Assembly: GCA_965240325.2 (NCBI GenBank)
Contig: OZ251240.1
Coordinates: 1,302,001-1,366,000, forward strand
Origin: Rebecca billardiae RCC1528
Taxonomy: Eukaryota > Protista > Haptophyta
Direction: 5' to 3'
DNA length: 64,000 nt
A program made the translations under genes and the position numbers. This document shows positions 34,701 to 52,560 of the stretch, one piece after another; positions within the stretch are counted from its first letter, which is position 1; every line of letters starts with the position of its first letter. Under the pieces are notes generated by a model, which worked only from the letters and a program-made list of their open reading frames with translations, searched no databases and was not told where the DNA came from.

Positions 34701-37226
34701 GGCGCGGGCGCGGCCGCCCACGCAAAGAAGCCGCCTGGGACGCCAAGCCACGGCGCGCACCAGCCGCCGGCGCGGGGAGCGGCGGCGGCGGCGGTGCCGT
34801 TGGCGGCGGCGGGCGGCGGCGCGCACGGCGGCGGCCGCTCGAGCGCAGCGCCGCGCCACGCGCGCACGCCGCCGCCCGCCGTAGGCGCGCGCGCCGCGCG
34901 CGCGCGCTCAGCAGCCGGCAGAAGCGCGCGCGCGCGCTCATAATAAATCAATTCGCCCGCGTGTCGGATGAAGTCATGTTCGTACGCGCGCGCCAGTCGC
35001 TCCCACGGGCACTCGACGACGGCGGCGCGCAGCAGCAGCGGCGGGCGCAATTCACCGCCGCCGCCGCCGCCGCCACGCGCCGAGCCACCGCCGCCGAGCA
35101 CTAGCCGTGCGGCCGTCGCGTCGTCCAGCTCGACAAGAGGGACCCCGCGCGCGAGCGCGGCGCCCGCGGCGCCCGCGCCATCCTCTGCCGCCTCCGCCGC
35201 CGCGCGCGCCGCGTGCGCCGCCCACGCCTCCGCCGCCGCGCCCGGCGGCGCGCACACAAACGCGCGCACGCGCACGTGCGCCCAGCCGCTGCGCCAGAGG
35301 CTAGCGGGCGCGTCCCGGACCGCGGCCGCGGCGTCGGCGTCGGCGGTGGCGTTGCGCGGGCGCGGGCGCGGCGGCAGCGTCCCCTGCGCGCCGCCCTCGC
35401 CCCCCGCCTCCGCCATCCCCACCGCAGCCGCCGCCGCCACCGGCGGCAGCGACAGCGCCGGGCGCGGCGCAGCACAGCCCGACGAATGGCGCGCGGCCGC
35501 GCCGGCCCAAAGTCGGGCCACGTCCGAGAACGAAGACCACTCCGAGGTGAGCAGGTGGTCGCACGCGGCAAGGGCAAGCTGGTCCGCGAGCGCGGCGCGG
35601 ACGCAGCCGGCCGAGCGCTTCGCGGGGCCCTCGAGGCAGCGCCCGAGCGGCGGGAGCTCGGAGGCGGCGGTGGCGGCGGCGGCGGGCTCGCCGCCGCCGC
35701 CGCCGCTGCCACCGCCGCCGGTGGCGGCCGCGGGCGCGCCGACGACGGCGGCGTCGAGCTGTGAGCGCACGCGCGGCGGCGCGCCGAACGCTCGGCGCAG
35801 CGCCGCGTGCGCCTCCCGCGAGTCAGCCGCCACAACCAGCGCGCACGGCCGGCCGCGCGCGCCCGCCGCCGGCCCCTGATACGTGCCCAGCCGCTCGAGC
35901 CCCGGACTGTCCGGCCCCGGCGGGCACAGGTGGCGGACGGCGCGCACAAACGCGCGCGCGTGGCAGCGCGTGCGCGCCGGTATAACCTCCGACATCGCGC
36001 CGAGGCCAGAGTCGCCGCCCACGCGCCCGATCCCGGGCACGTCGGCGCGCTGGTCGGTGCGCATGCGCACGTGCACGCCGATCAGAGCGTAACCGCCGGC
36101 GGCGTAACCGTCGGCGGCGTAACCGTCGGCGGCGTAACCGCTGGCGACAGAGCTGCCGCCGGTGACGGTGATGCGCGACGAGCGGCGGTGCGTGGCGGCG
36201 GCGCCCCCCACCGCGCCGCCCCCGCGCGGCGGCGGCGGCGGCGGCGGCGGCGCGCGCGCGAGCGCCGCCGCGCGCCGCCGCACCTCCGGCCGCGGCGTGA
36301 GCGCGCGCAGCGCCGCATGCAGTTTCGGCCCGTGCGTCGCCTCGTCCCGATGGTCGGCGCCGCCGCGCGCGACGAGCACGTACGCCGAGCGCACGGCGAC
36401 GCGCGGCGCCGTGCTCAGCGGCAGCGGTCGGAACGCGCGCGCGCCAGCATGGCCGCCGTCGACTTGTAAGTAATCAAAGTGGGCCCAGGCACCGGCGGCG
36501 GCGGGCGGCGGCGGCGGCGGCGGCGGGGACTCGGCGGCGGCGTCGGCGGCGGCGCGCGCTGAGCCGTTGAGAGCCGCTGCCGTCGCGCCGCCGCCGCCGC
36601 CGTCGCCGCCGTGCCCGCCGCCCGCGGCAGTATTGTTGATGGGCGGCAAGAACAGGCGCTCCGCCGCAAGGCTGGGCGCGGGCCCTTCGAGAAGCCACAC
36701 CGACGCGCCGTGCCCCAGCCCGAGCGCGGCAGCATGGCCGCCGCCGGCAGCATGGCCGCCGCCGCTGCCGGCACCACCGGCACCACCGGCGGCGGCCACG
36801 CTGCCGGCGGCGGCCATGCTGCCGGCGGCGGCCATGCTGCCGGCGGCGGCCATGCTGCCGGCGCCAAAGCCGGCGCCGAGGGCAAACAACTCACCGAGGC
36901 GCGCGCCGCAGTGCGCGTCCGGCGCCCAGCCGACGACGAGGGAGAGTGGCGGCGGCCGCGCGGCGCGCGCAGCGCCGCCGCCCTCGCCCTCGCCGCTGCC
37001 GCGCCCATCCCCGCCGCCGCCGTCCTCGGCGCGCGCGCGCGCGTCCGCGCGCGCGTGTGCAAGTGCGGACGCGAGCGCTCGAAGCCGATTGGAGAGCCCG
37101 TGTTTCGTTACTATGGCGAGGGCGCGGAGGGTGGGCGCGGCGCGGAGGAGGCGCAGGCCGACGGCCCAGTCGCGCGGGCGCAGCGCGCACGCCGCGTCCA
37201 CGCCGACCGCGCGCACGCACGCCGCC

Positions 37227-37266
<40 letters not shown>

Positions 37267-38507
37267 TGCCGTGATGCGCGCACGCACTCGCGAGCAGCGC
37301 GCCTGCGCGCGCGCGCGCCCACGCGCGCGCGCCGAGCTCGCGCGCGAAGGAGGGGCGCGCGCCCGCGCCGTCCGCGTCGCGCACGGCGAGCGACTCGTCC
37401 GCACAGCCGCCGCCGCTGGCGTTGGCTGCGCCGCCGGCGGACGCGGCGGCGGCGCCAAGCCGCGCGCACGCGCCGCGATCGCACGCCCAACGCAGCCGCG
37501 GCGGCGGCTGCGGCGCGGCGGCGGCGAGCGCGGCGGCGAACTCGAAGCGCGCGGCCGCCTCCGCCGCCGCGTCCGCGCCGAGCGGCGGCGCGCACGCCCG
37601 CGCCGCGCCCGCCACCGTGCCCGCACCCGCGCCCGCACCCGCGGTAGCGCCGCCGCGGCCGGCGGCGCGCAGCGCGCGCGCCGCGCGCGGCGGCAGCAAC
37701 GACAGCACTCCTAGCACGCCGGCGTAACCGCCGGCGTAACCGCCGGCGTAACCGTCGGCGCACCCGCCGGCGTGGGCGGCGCACGCCTCGGCGGGGCGTG
37801 GGCCCGCGCCTCGCGCGGGGCGCGGCCCCACGCCCGCGCCGAGCAGCGCGGCGCTCGTCGCCGCGCGCTCGGCCGCGGGTCCCCACACCGCCGCCGCGCC
37901 GCGGCCTCCCCAGAGCGCGGCGGCGAGCGCGAGCGCGGCGCCGAGCGCGCCGCCGTCGGCGGCGCCGCTGAAGCGCGGGTCGAGCGCGGCGGCGAGCGCG
38001 GCGCGGCTGCCGAGGCCGAGCGCGGTGGGCACGCCGCCCGCGCCGCGCAGCGACCCCAGCGCGCGCGGCCCCGCGCCCGCCGCGTGCGCGGCGGCGAGCG
38101 CGCGCGGCCGCGGCCGCGCGCTTGCCGGCGCCAGGGCCACCAGCGTTGCGCGCGCGAGCCGCGACGCGCCGAGCTGCAGCGCGGCGGCGGGCCACGACCA
38201 GCTGGCGTTGGGCACCGCGGCGGCGCGGAGCGCCGCCGGCGCCGCGCCGCGCCGCACCGCGCGCAGCTCCGCACCGGACAGTCCGGGCTGCCCCCAGAGA
38301 ATCAAAGTAACCTCGTCCGCGCCCGCGGCCGCCCACGCGCGCGCGGCGCGCGCGAGCCGCGCCGCGCGCGGAGAGGGCGCGTCGGCGTCGGCGTGTGCGG
38401 TGGTGGTGCCGATGGTGTCGTCCTCGTCCGCGTCGGCGTCGAGCTCGCTGTACAGCACCACGCCGAGCGCCGGCGGCGGGCGCGGCGAGGGCGGCGGCGC
38501 GGGCGAG

Positions 38508-38538
<31 letters not shown>

Positions 38539-38890
38539 AGGGCGGCGGGCGCGGCGGCGGCGGTCGCGGCGAGGGCGGCGGGCTCGGCGGCGGCGGTCGC
38601 GGCGACGGCGGCGGGTGCGGCGGCGGTGGGCGCGGCGACGGCGGCGGTCGCGGCGGCGGCGGTCGCGGCGACGGCGGCGGTCGCGGCGGCCGCGGCCGCG
38701 GCGAGGGCGACGGCGGCGGCGCCGGCGAGGGCGGCGGACGCGGCGCCGGGTCGACGCGAAGCGTGCGCGCGGGCGCGCGCAGCGAGAGTGGCGCGACGAG
38801 CGCCACGCCGAGCAGCGCCGCCGTCAGCACCGTCGCCACGGTCGCGAGCCAGCCGGCGCCGCCGGCCGGGCGCGCGCTGGCGGCAGCCAT
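30287..38890 (-). CDS. Giant intronless type II membrane multi-domain glycan-modifying protein (~2867 aa): O-fucosyltransferase-like + sulfotransferase-like + degenerate GT-A-like domains
   Basis: ATG at 38890, then signal anchor (WLATVATVLTAALLGVALVAP) and Pro-rich stem. TKHGLSNRLRALASA, WAPDAHCGARLGELF, IGVHVRMRTD, LVVAADS and ADQLALAACDHLLTSEWSSFSDVA match the GT-B fucosyltransferase clan. CPWERLARAYEH, FSFEHFL and QTDAC..RYDALL are Sulfotransfer_2-like. Confidence 0.75.
30486..31010 (-). repeat. Coding 42-bp tandem repeat, ~13 units (ADIAAP[S/N]ASGAAAA)
   Basis: Units start every 42 bp from 30486 to 30990. Confidence 0.97.
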
Positions 38891-39077
38891 CGATCGCGCC
38901 GCGCGCTCGGCCTGGCGGCGGGGCGCGAGCGCCCGGCGCCGGCCGCGCGCCGTTCTTCTACGGGCCGCTTTGGCGGTTTCTATTGTTCTCAAAAGGCCAA
39001 AGCGCTGAGCGCTGGCCTTCTCGTCCGGAATTCGGCGGGACGACGCAGTTGATGGCGCAAAATAATCCGAAATGATT

Positions 39078-44362
<5,285 letters not shown>

Positions 44363-45640
44363 TCGCGCTCTCGACGTCGGCAGCACGCGAGCAGCAGCTT
44401 CTTGCTTTTGACTCGCGCCGCTGCGCCACCTGCTGGCGAGCGCGCGGCTGTTCCGGCCGCCCGATGACCAACCTGTGCAGCAAAAGCTGTTTCTCCCGTC
44501 CAACTCCGAAGCGTCCGGCCGTCCGTGGTCCGCGCCGGACTGATCCGTCGTACTGCCGCTGTGCCGGCGGCCGCACGCACGCGCCGCAGTACAGTCAGGC
44601 CGACTCGCCCGAGCCCGAGGTTTGGCAGGCCGCACGGGCACGGCGACGCCCTTCCAGCCGACGACGGTTCCGCAGCGAGTGCCGCACACGAGTCTGGGCA
44701 CTGCCGCCCAGGTCGGACCGCACGCGGGCAGGCGGGCCTAACACGCGCCGAGTCGGCAGCGTGCGCCCCGAGCTGGTACGGGCAGTGCGCCTTCGGCCAG
44801 GCGTCCAGGCCAGCTCCGCGCAGGGCGCTCCATCCGCGCTTGGCGAGAGCTACACACTCAGACATTTCCCGTCGGAACATTCCAGGAAGTCTCCGAGAGG
44901 CAAGAGTACCGCACGGAACTGTTCCCGCCGGCAGCCTACCCGGAAGTTGGCGGTTGATTTCAGAGGCCGCAGCGCCGGGGGCTCCCCGGGCGCGATGGGG
45001 CGCGCGCGCACGATGGCGCGCAGATTTTACACGCTCGCCGCCTCACGTGGGCGACGCTCGACCGCCGCGGTCCGCGCGCGCGCGCCGGCGCGTCACTCCC
45101 GCGGCGCGGCGGCCGCCGCTGACGCCGCGGCTCGGCCGCACCGCGCGGTCCGACGGCCGGACACGCGCAGGCGTGGCTTCAACAACGGCGGGTGGGCGGT
45201 GCGCGGCGGCGGGTGTAAGCGGGGGATGGCGGCAGCGTGGATGCGGCGTGCGCGATGCGCCGAACCGGCCCATGCGAACACGCACCGCGCAGGGCGCCAT
45301 CGCCGCTCGGCGACCCTTCGCGTAGCTTCTGCCAGCTCGGTGCGGGAGGCGGCCGAGAAGCGCCAGTGAGAAGGAGGAAAGGTCGCGGAAAACGTGAATA
45401 GGCACGCCCGCCTGCACTACGGGTCCGGGTAATAAGGCGGTGAGCAAAGCTTCCACGGTGGCAGCGCACACGGGGTTATTGGCCACTCAGACAGCCACCG
45501 TGGAGGGCTGGAGCCGCCCCGTTGCTGGGGCACCCACGCAAGCAAGCGTGCATACGCGTGCGAGGAAGCACACGCGCCTTGCGGAGCGAGGCGCGGCGGG
45601 TCGTGCGGGCGCCAGACTGAGCGCCCACGACGCTGCCACC

Positions 45641-48600
45641 ATGTCCGCCGCGCTCGCCGACGCGAGCGGCGCGCGGCCCGCCCGGGCTACGTCGGGCGTG
45701 GGCGCGATGGCATCAAGCGTGGTGCGCGCGCCGCGCGGCGCGCGGCGCGCGCGCGCCTCGCCGCGCACGCGGCTCACCCTCGCGCGCCCGCACCGCGCGC
45801 CGCACCGCGCCGCCGCTCGCAGATGGGCGCGGCCGCGGACGCGGCCGTCAGAACAGGCGCGCCCGCGATGGTGCGCGGCGTGCTGGGCGGCGGCGCGCGG
45901 CGCGCGCCGGGCGTCACGCCGGCGCGCGGCGAGGGGGCCGAGCTGTCCTCGCCCGCCGGCACCTCCGCTGGCAACGCGGTCACGGCGTCCACCGTGCTCG
46001 GCGCCGCGGCGGCGGTCGCAACCGCGCGGCGCGGCGCGGCGCGCGCCGCCGGTATGGGCGCGGCGTGCGCCGCGGCGGTGGGCGCGAGCGCGTGCGGTGG
46101 CGGCGTGGCGGGCACCGTCGCGGCGGGCGCCGCTACCGCCGCCGACGCCGTGCTGCCCGCGCCGCCGTCCTCAGCGGGCGGCGGCGCGAGCGCGCGCGGC
46201 GTCGGCGGCGGCAGCGGCGGCGCTGGCGGCGGCGGCGGCGCCACCGGCGTGCCATCTCCGCCGGCGCGCCCGCCGCCGCGCGAGCGCGGCGGTGGGCGGG
46301 CGGCGTCGGGTGCGAAGGCGACGGAGCCGCCCGGCGCATCGGCCGGCGCGGCGCAGCCGCACCCCACTCCCGCCGCCGCCAGCGCCGAGCCCGTGGCGCG
46401 GCGCGCGACGCTCGCGCCCGCGCCGACGCTGCCGCAGTCCGCCGCCGAGGGCGAGGCGAGTGGCGGCGTGTTGCGGCGCGCGCGCACGACGGGCGCGAGC
46501 AGCGACGTGCCCAGCGCGGACGTGCCGAGCCGCCGGCACACCGGCGCGAGCTCCGCCGCCGCCGTCGCCCCGACCGCTGACGCGGGCGGCGGCGCCGCCG
46601 GGAGCGGCGGCGCGGCGCCGGGCGGCGGCGGCGCGGCGCCGAGCGGCGGCGGCGGCGGCGGCGGCGGCCGCACTGTGCTGCACCTGCCTGCGCGGACGGG
46701 GAGCTGGGCGCGCGCGGTGCCGCTCGCAGGGAGCTCCGCCGCGAGCCTCGGCGCGGACGCCGCCGCCAGTGCCGCCGTCGCATCCGGCGGCACTGCCGGC
46801 GCCGCGGCCGAGCGCGGCGGCGGCGCGGGCGGCGCGGGCGGCGGCGGCGCGGCGGCTGGTCTGGGCGTAACAGCCGCCGGCCGGAGTGCCGGTATGGCGA
46901 GCGGGTTTGGCGCGGGCCTCGGCCTCGGCGGGTTTGTCAACGGTGCGCGCCCGCCGCGCGAGACCGAGCCCGCGCGCCAGCTTTGCGCGCGCGCGCCGCA
47001 CGCCGCCCCGCCGCTGACGGGTGCCGCGCCCCGCCGTGCCGCGCTGCGCGCCGCCGCGCCGCCGCCGCCGCCGCGCCGCCGCGCCGCCGCGCCGCTGCGC
47101 AGGCGTGGCGTCGGGGCTGGCGATCGGCTCGTCGTTCGCCTCGCCCTTCCACTCGGCGGTCACTTCCTCCCTCGTCACAGGCCTCCCTTCGCTCCGCCTG
47201 TACTACGCCGCGCCCGCCGAGGCCGCGGGCGGCGCGGGCGGCGCAGGTGGCGGCGGCGGCGGCGGCGGCAGCAGTAGCGCAAGCGGCGCCGAGCGCACGG
47301 CCAGCGGCGTCGGCGGGCGGCGCGGGCGCGGGCGCGGCGGCGGCGGCGGCGGCAGCAGCGGCAGCGGCGCCGGTGCCTCCTCCGCCGCCGCCGCTGCCTC
47401 CGCCCAGCCTGCCGCCGCCGGCAGCGCGCTGCTTCACGCCTTCGCCCCCGACGCCAACTCAGCGTCGCTTGCGGAGCGCGAGCGTTCGGCCGACCGCGCG
47501 GCGCGCGAGCTGCTGGCTGAGGAGGAGGCGGCGGCTGCGGCGGGCGGCGGCGGGGCGGCGGGGACGGGCGTACCCGCGGGCGCGGCCGCCGGCGGAGCAG
47601 CTGCCGCCGCCGCCGCCGCCGCCGCCGCCGGTGGCGGTGCGGGCGGCAAGGGCGGCGGCGGGCGCGGCAGCGGCGGCGCGCGGCACGCGCCGGCCGCCGC
47701 CGCCGCCGCCGCCACGGCCGCCGAGGGCGTCGCCGCCGACGGCGGCGGCGCCGACGACGCCGCCGCCGCCGCCGATCCGGACAGCAGCTCGGCCGCCGCC
47801 GCCGCGGGCCGCAAGCGGCGCAAGGCCAAGAGCAAGGCAAGCAAGAGTAAAAAGGGCCGCGGCAAGGCGGGTGCCGATGGCGGCGCCGGCGGCGAGTCGG
47901 CCGCGGACGCCGGGGCCGCTGGGGCCGCGGCGGGCTGTGCCGACGCGGACGCGGGCGCGGACGGCGGCGGTGGCGCCGCCGCCTTGGCCGACGGCGCCGC
48001 CGCCGCCGCCGCGGCGGCAACCGCCGGCGGTGGCGCGGACGCCGAGCCCGGGGCGCGGGAGAGGGTCACCACTGCGGGCGGCAGCGTGGGCGCGCGCTCC
48101 GCCGCGCCGCAGCCGCCACCGCGCGCTGCGGCGGGCGGCGGCGCCGACGCAGCAGCCGGCGGCGCCGACGCCGAGGGCGATGCTCCCGGTGGCGGCGGCG
48201 GCGCGGCGGACGCGCCGGTCGGCGCCGGCGCGCCGGCGGCGCCCGCCGGCGCGGCGGCGCCGTCCGCCGCGCCGTCCGCCGCGCCCGCCGCGCCCGCCGC
48301 GGCTGCTGCCGCGGACGCGGACGGCTCGAGCGGCGAGGGCTGGGTCGTGGTCTCACGGCCGAGCGCGGCCGCGCGGCAGCAGCAGCCGCAGCCACAGCCG
48401 CAGCCGGCGCAGCCGCAGCCGCTCGCTGGCGCGGCCGGTGGCGGCGCGGCCGCGCCGGCGCGGCCGGCGCGCGCCGGCGCGGGCGCTGCCGCGGCCGCCG
48501 CGCGCAGCGCCGCCGCGGCCGCCGCGGCGACCACCTGGGCTGCGACGCCCGCAGGGTGGCAGCCGGCGGCCGCGGCCGGCGCGGCGCCGGCGCGCAGGGC

Positions 48601-48954
48601 GCTGCCCGCCGCGGCGCCCGCCGTTGTTGCGCGGCCGGCGGCGTGCGGCGTGGCGGGCGCGGGCGATGGCGGCGCGGCCTTGGCAGCCGACGCCGCCGAC
48701 GCCGCCGCCGTCGCCGCCGCGCCGCCGCCGCAGCCGTCCGGCTCGTGGCGAGTCCGGCTGTTCGGCCCGGACGCTGCCGCCACTGCCGCCGCGCCGCCGC
48801 CGGCGCACGCCTCCGCCTCCGCCTCGGCGGAGCCGCCGGGCTCCCCCGGCTCGGAGCGCGCCGCGCCCTCGTCCGCGCCGCCGCCCGCGCCGCCACTGCC
48901 GAGCGGCGCGCGCTCCGCGCCGCCGACGCCCGCGCGGCCCGCGCCGGCCGCCGC

Positions 48955-48993
<39 letters not shown>

Positions 48994-51425
48994 CGGCGGC
49001 GTGCGCGGCGCAGCGGCAGAGTCGGCGGGTGCCGACGGTCGCCCGCCGCTCTCCTTCGCCGCGGCGGCGGCGGCGGGCGCGCGCGCCCGCGGCGGCGCTG
49101 GCAAGCAGGGCTGCGCCATGCCCCCTGCTTCCGCCGCCGCCGCGCTCGGCGCGCGCGGCGGCGGCGGCGGCGGCGGCGGCCCCGGCGCGCCGCCGTCGGG
49201 CCGCGGCGGCGGCGGCCCCGGCGCCGCCGCCGGCTCGTCCTCGACCAACGGCTCGGACTGCGACGACTCGTCGTCCTCCGCGTCCGCCGCGTCGGCCACC
49301 GCGGTCTGCTGTGCCAACGGTGCGGCGCGCGGCGCGGCGGCGGGCGCGCTGGGCCGCCCGGCGCTCACCATCAGCGCCGCCGCGCTCCCAGCCGCGCTGC
49401 CGCCGCCCGCGCACGTCCTCGCGCCGCCCACGCCCACAGCCGCGCCGCAGCCGCCCGGCGGCGGCGGCCTCCGACCCGCCGCGCCGCCGCCGGCCGCGTC
49501 CGCCGCGCCGTGGGCGGCGGCGGTCGCATGCCCCACCGCGGGCGCGCGCCCCGCGGGCGCGCCGGGGCAGCTGCACGCCGAGGCGCTCGCATTCTACCAG
49601 GCCAACTCCGCCGCCATCGTCGCGCAGGCCACCGACGTCGCCACGATGCTCGGGCGCCTGCAGCAGCTCGCGCGCGCGCGCTGGCCGAGCGCGGCGGTGT
49701 CCATGTACGGCTCGCGCGCGGTCGGGCTCGCACTGGCCGGCTCGGATGTGGACGCTGTGCTGCAGTGGCTGCCGGCGGGGACGCTGCCGGCGCACGCCCT
49801 CGGGCTGCTCGCGCAGGACCTCCTCCTCCAAGCGAACGAGGCCGCCGGCGCGCCGGGCGGCGGCGCGGACGCGGGCGCCGCGCCCGCGCCGCCCGCGCCG
49901 CCGCCGGCCGCGGCCGCGCAGGCTGTGCACGCGCCGCCCGGCGCAGGGGCTGGCAGCGCGCACGCCGCGCCGCCCAGCGCGGGGGGGGGCTCCCACTGGG
50001 TCGCCGCCGTCGTGCCCGTGCTCTCCGCGCGCATCCCCGTGCTCAAGCTGCGCACGCTCGACGGCCATCAGCTTGACCTCACGGTGCGGCCTTTGGCTGC
50101 GCACTCCTTTGGCTGCGCACTCCGCGCGGCCGCGGGCGCCGCGCCGCGCCGCGCTGGCCGGCCGGTCCGTCCACTCAGCCAGCCCGTTGCGGGCTGTCGC
50201 GCGCGTGCTGCCTGCCCACGCCAAATGTAACCCTGACCCCGCACGCCGCGGCCTCCCCGCCCCCGCCGCGCCCTAACCCTAACCCTACCCCTCCCCACCA
50301 CCCAGGTCGAGTCGGGCGCGCACTCCGGCATGGTGGCGTGCACGCTTGTCACGTCTGCCATTGCAGAGCTGCCGCCACTCGCGCCGCTGGCGCTCGTGCT
50401 CAAGGCCTACCTGCAGGTGCGCGCCTGCGCGTGCGCGTGTGCTGCGCGTGCGCTGCGCGTGCGCTGCGCCTGCGCTGCGCCTGCGCTGCGCCTGCGCGTG
50501 CGCTGCGCGTGTGCTGCGCTGCGGACGCACGCGCACGCGACGACACCGCGGGAACGCGCGGCATGGCGGGCGCCTCCTGTGGCACGCGCGCGCGCGCCGA
50601 CGCTCACGCCGCCTCCGCCGCGCCCGCCTCGCCCGCCGCCTCGCCCGCCGCGCGCCCGTGTGTGTGTGCCCCGCCTGCGCGCGGCCGCGCCGCCGCGCCG
50701 CAGGAGCGCGGCCTCAACGACTCCTTCAGCGGCGGTGTCTCCTCGTACGCACTCGTCACGCTGCTCGTCGCCTTCCTGCGCGCCGCGCCGCCCGCCGTGC
50801 ACGCAGACCTCGGGCTCGGGCTGGTCGCGTTCTGCGAGCACTTTGTCGGCCAGTACGACGCGCGCGCGCTCGGCTGCGTGCCAGACCCGCTCTCGCCGAG
50901 TGCGCGCGCGCGTGCGTCCGCGCCGCCGCGCCGCCGCGCCGTGCGCCGTTGCCGGTGGCGGTGCGATGCTGTGCGCGCGCGGGGGGGGGCTTCTCAGCGC
51001 GCGCGCACCCCGCGGCGCGCCCGCGCCCGCCACATCCCGCCCTCGCCGCCGCCGCCGCGCGCGCAGGCGGCGGGCCGCCCGAGAACGTGCTGCACTCGAG
51101 CTACCGGCTGAGCGCGGTGGCGAGCGCGCTCGCGGAGCTGCGCGCCGCGCTGGGCGCGCAGCAGCAGCCAGCGGGCGGCGCGGCGGCGGGAGCGGACGGC
51201 GCGGCGGAGCTCGGCGCCGGCGCGGCGGGCGCGGCGCGTACGACAGACGAGGCGGCGCGCGCCGCGCTGCCACTCCTGTCGCGCGTGCTCGCGCTGCGCG
51301 TGGGCCCGGCAGGGCTGCCGCTGCCCGCGCGCGCGGTCGCCGAGATGGCGGCGAGCGCCGCGCCCGCCGCCGAGCCCGTCGTGCTGCCGCCACCGCCGCC
51401 ACCGCCGCTTGCCGCGGGCTTGTAG
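45641..51425 (+). CDS. Non-canonical poly(A) polymerase / terminal nucleotidyltransferase (Trf4/TENT4-like), ~1615 aa
   Basis: Exons 45641-45721, 45823-46942, 47103-50083, 50306-50416, 50704-50899 and 51067-51425. MYGSRAVGLALAGSDVD, ARIPVLKL, LDLTV, LALVLKAYLQERGLNDSFSGGVSSYAL, DLGLGLVAFCEHF, PDPL..ENV...SSYR. The 5' exons are less certain. Confidence 0.88.
50271..50292 (+). repeat. Intronic telomere-type repeat (CCCTAA)n
   Basis: ccctaaccctaaccctacccct just upstream of the acceptor at 50305; related GGGTTAGGGTT at 13384-13414. Confidence 0.7.
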
Positions 51426-51655
51426 CGCCGCGCGCGGGACGGCGGACGCCGGTGGCCACGGTGAGCCAGCGTGAGCGTGCCTGCCTTGCCACGGCTAGAA
51501 ATAGGACGGCAGCGCGGTCGCGCCGCCAGACGCTGCCGGATGGCGCAGCCACCGCCGCCGGCCTGCGTGGTGAGCCGCCCAGCAGCCCGTGGGGCGTCCG
51601 CAGGGCGCGCGGACGCAGCACGGTGCAGCCGCTCATCACTGATAATGTCTATCCA

Positions 51656-51691
51656 TACAGTTTGAAACTATCTAAGAATAAGAGACGCACA
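51656..51691 (+). repeat. Dispersed intergenic motif, copy 2
   Basis: tacagtttgaaactatctaagaataagagacgcaca. Confidence 0.8.
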
Positions 51692-52199
51692 GTAGTTCGG
51701 GTCCTGGGCAAGGCTACCCTTGTCCTGGGTGCCGGTTATTGAAACACCTTGCTGATTATTATTGACCACGTTCAACGTATCACACTACGTTAAAACAGCA
51801 TAGTCAACTGCTGTATGGTCGTACCCATTTTGAATTTATTCTGCTAAATAAAAACTCTGCCCTGGCGGGCGGGGGGGTCGGCGGGCCGTGCCAGTGCTGT
51901 CGCAATATTTCCCCAGCGGGTTCGCGCCTTTTATTTAGCGGTTTGACGGGCATTAAGGATGACGAATAACATTATTAACAATGCGACCGACACAGATGAT
52001 GGTGAGCTACCTGACTCACTGACGAATAATAACGCGACAGATGACTCTGGTGATCTCACCGACAGTGTGATTGCGCGTGTTATTTATTCGTGCACCCACT
52101 CGGCGCTACTCGTCAAGACTCAAGTCCCGGGTGCCGTCGACTGCGCGCACGCACTGCCAACCGCTGATTTAGGCGTGCGACGGCGGCTTGCTTGTGACG

Positions 52200-52560
52200 C
52201 CTGACGGTGACGGTTCAATGTCCTCGGAGCTAAACAGTGGTGGCGGAGTGTGATGTCATGTTTCATAATTTGTTTAGGTCGTCTGGAAGTGCGGTGCGCG
52301 CGCGCGCATTGCGAGAGCGTGTGCCACTCGCGATCGAGGGTGGGCACGCGCTGCTCGAGCAGGCACAGGAAGCGCAGCGCATGTGCCACTGGCTTCACGA
52401 CGTCGGCCTCGTCCCGCAGCGCTCGTGACATGGTGGAGGATGGGGCGACAATGTTGCACGCTCGGCGTTTCAGCTCGTCGCGGATGCGCCTCTGGGATCG
52501 GTCATAGCGCTGTGCGACGAGGGCCGCCGACTGGCGCCAAGACGCGGTTCCTTCCACGGC
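52200..52560 (-). mobile_element. Possible decayed hAT-type transposase fragment
   Basis: Minus-strand peptide DVVKPVAHALRFLCLLEQRVPTLDREWHTL resembles the 'L.P+..A...LE.D.PTL' helix of hAT transposases; it lies in lower-GC intergenic DNA. No TIR or TSD found. Confidence 0.3.
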
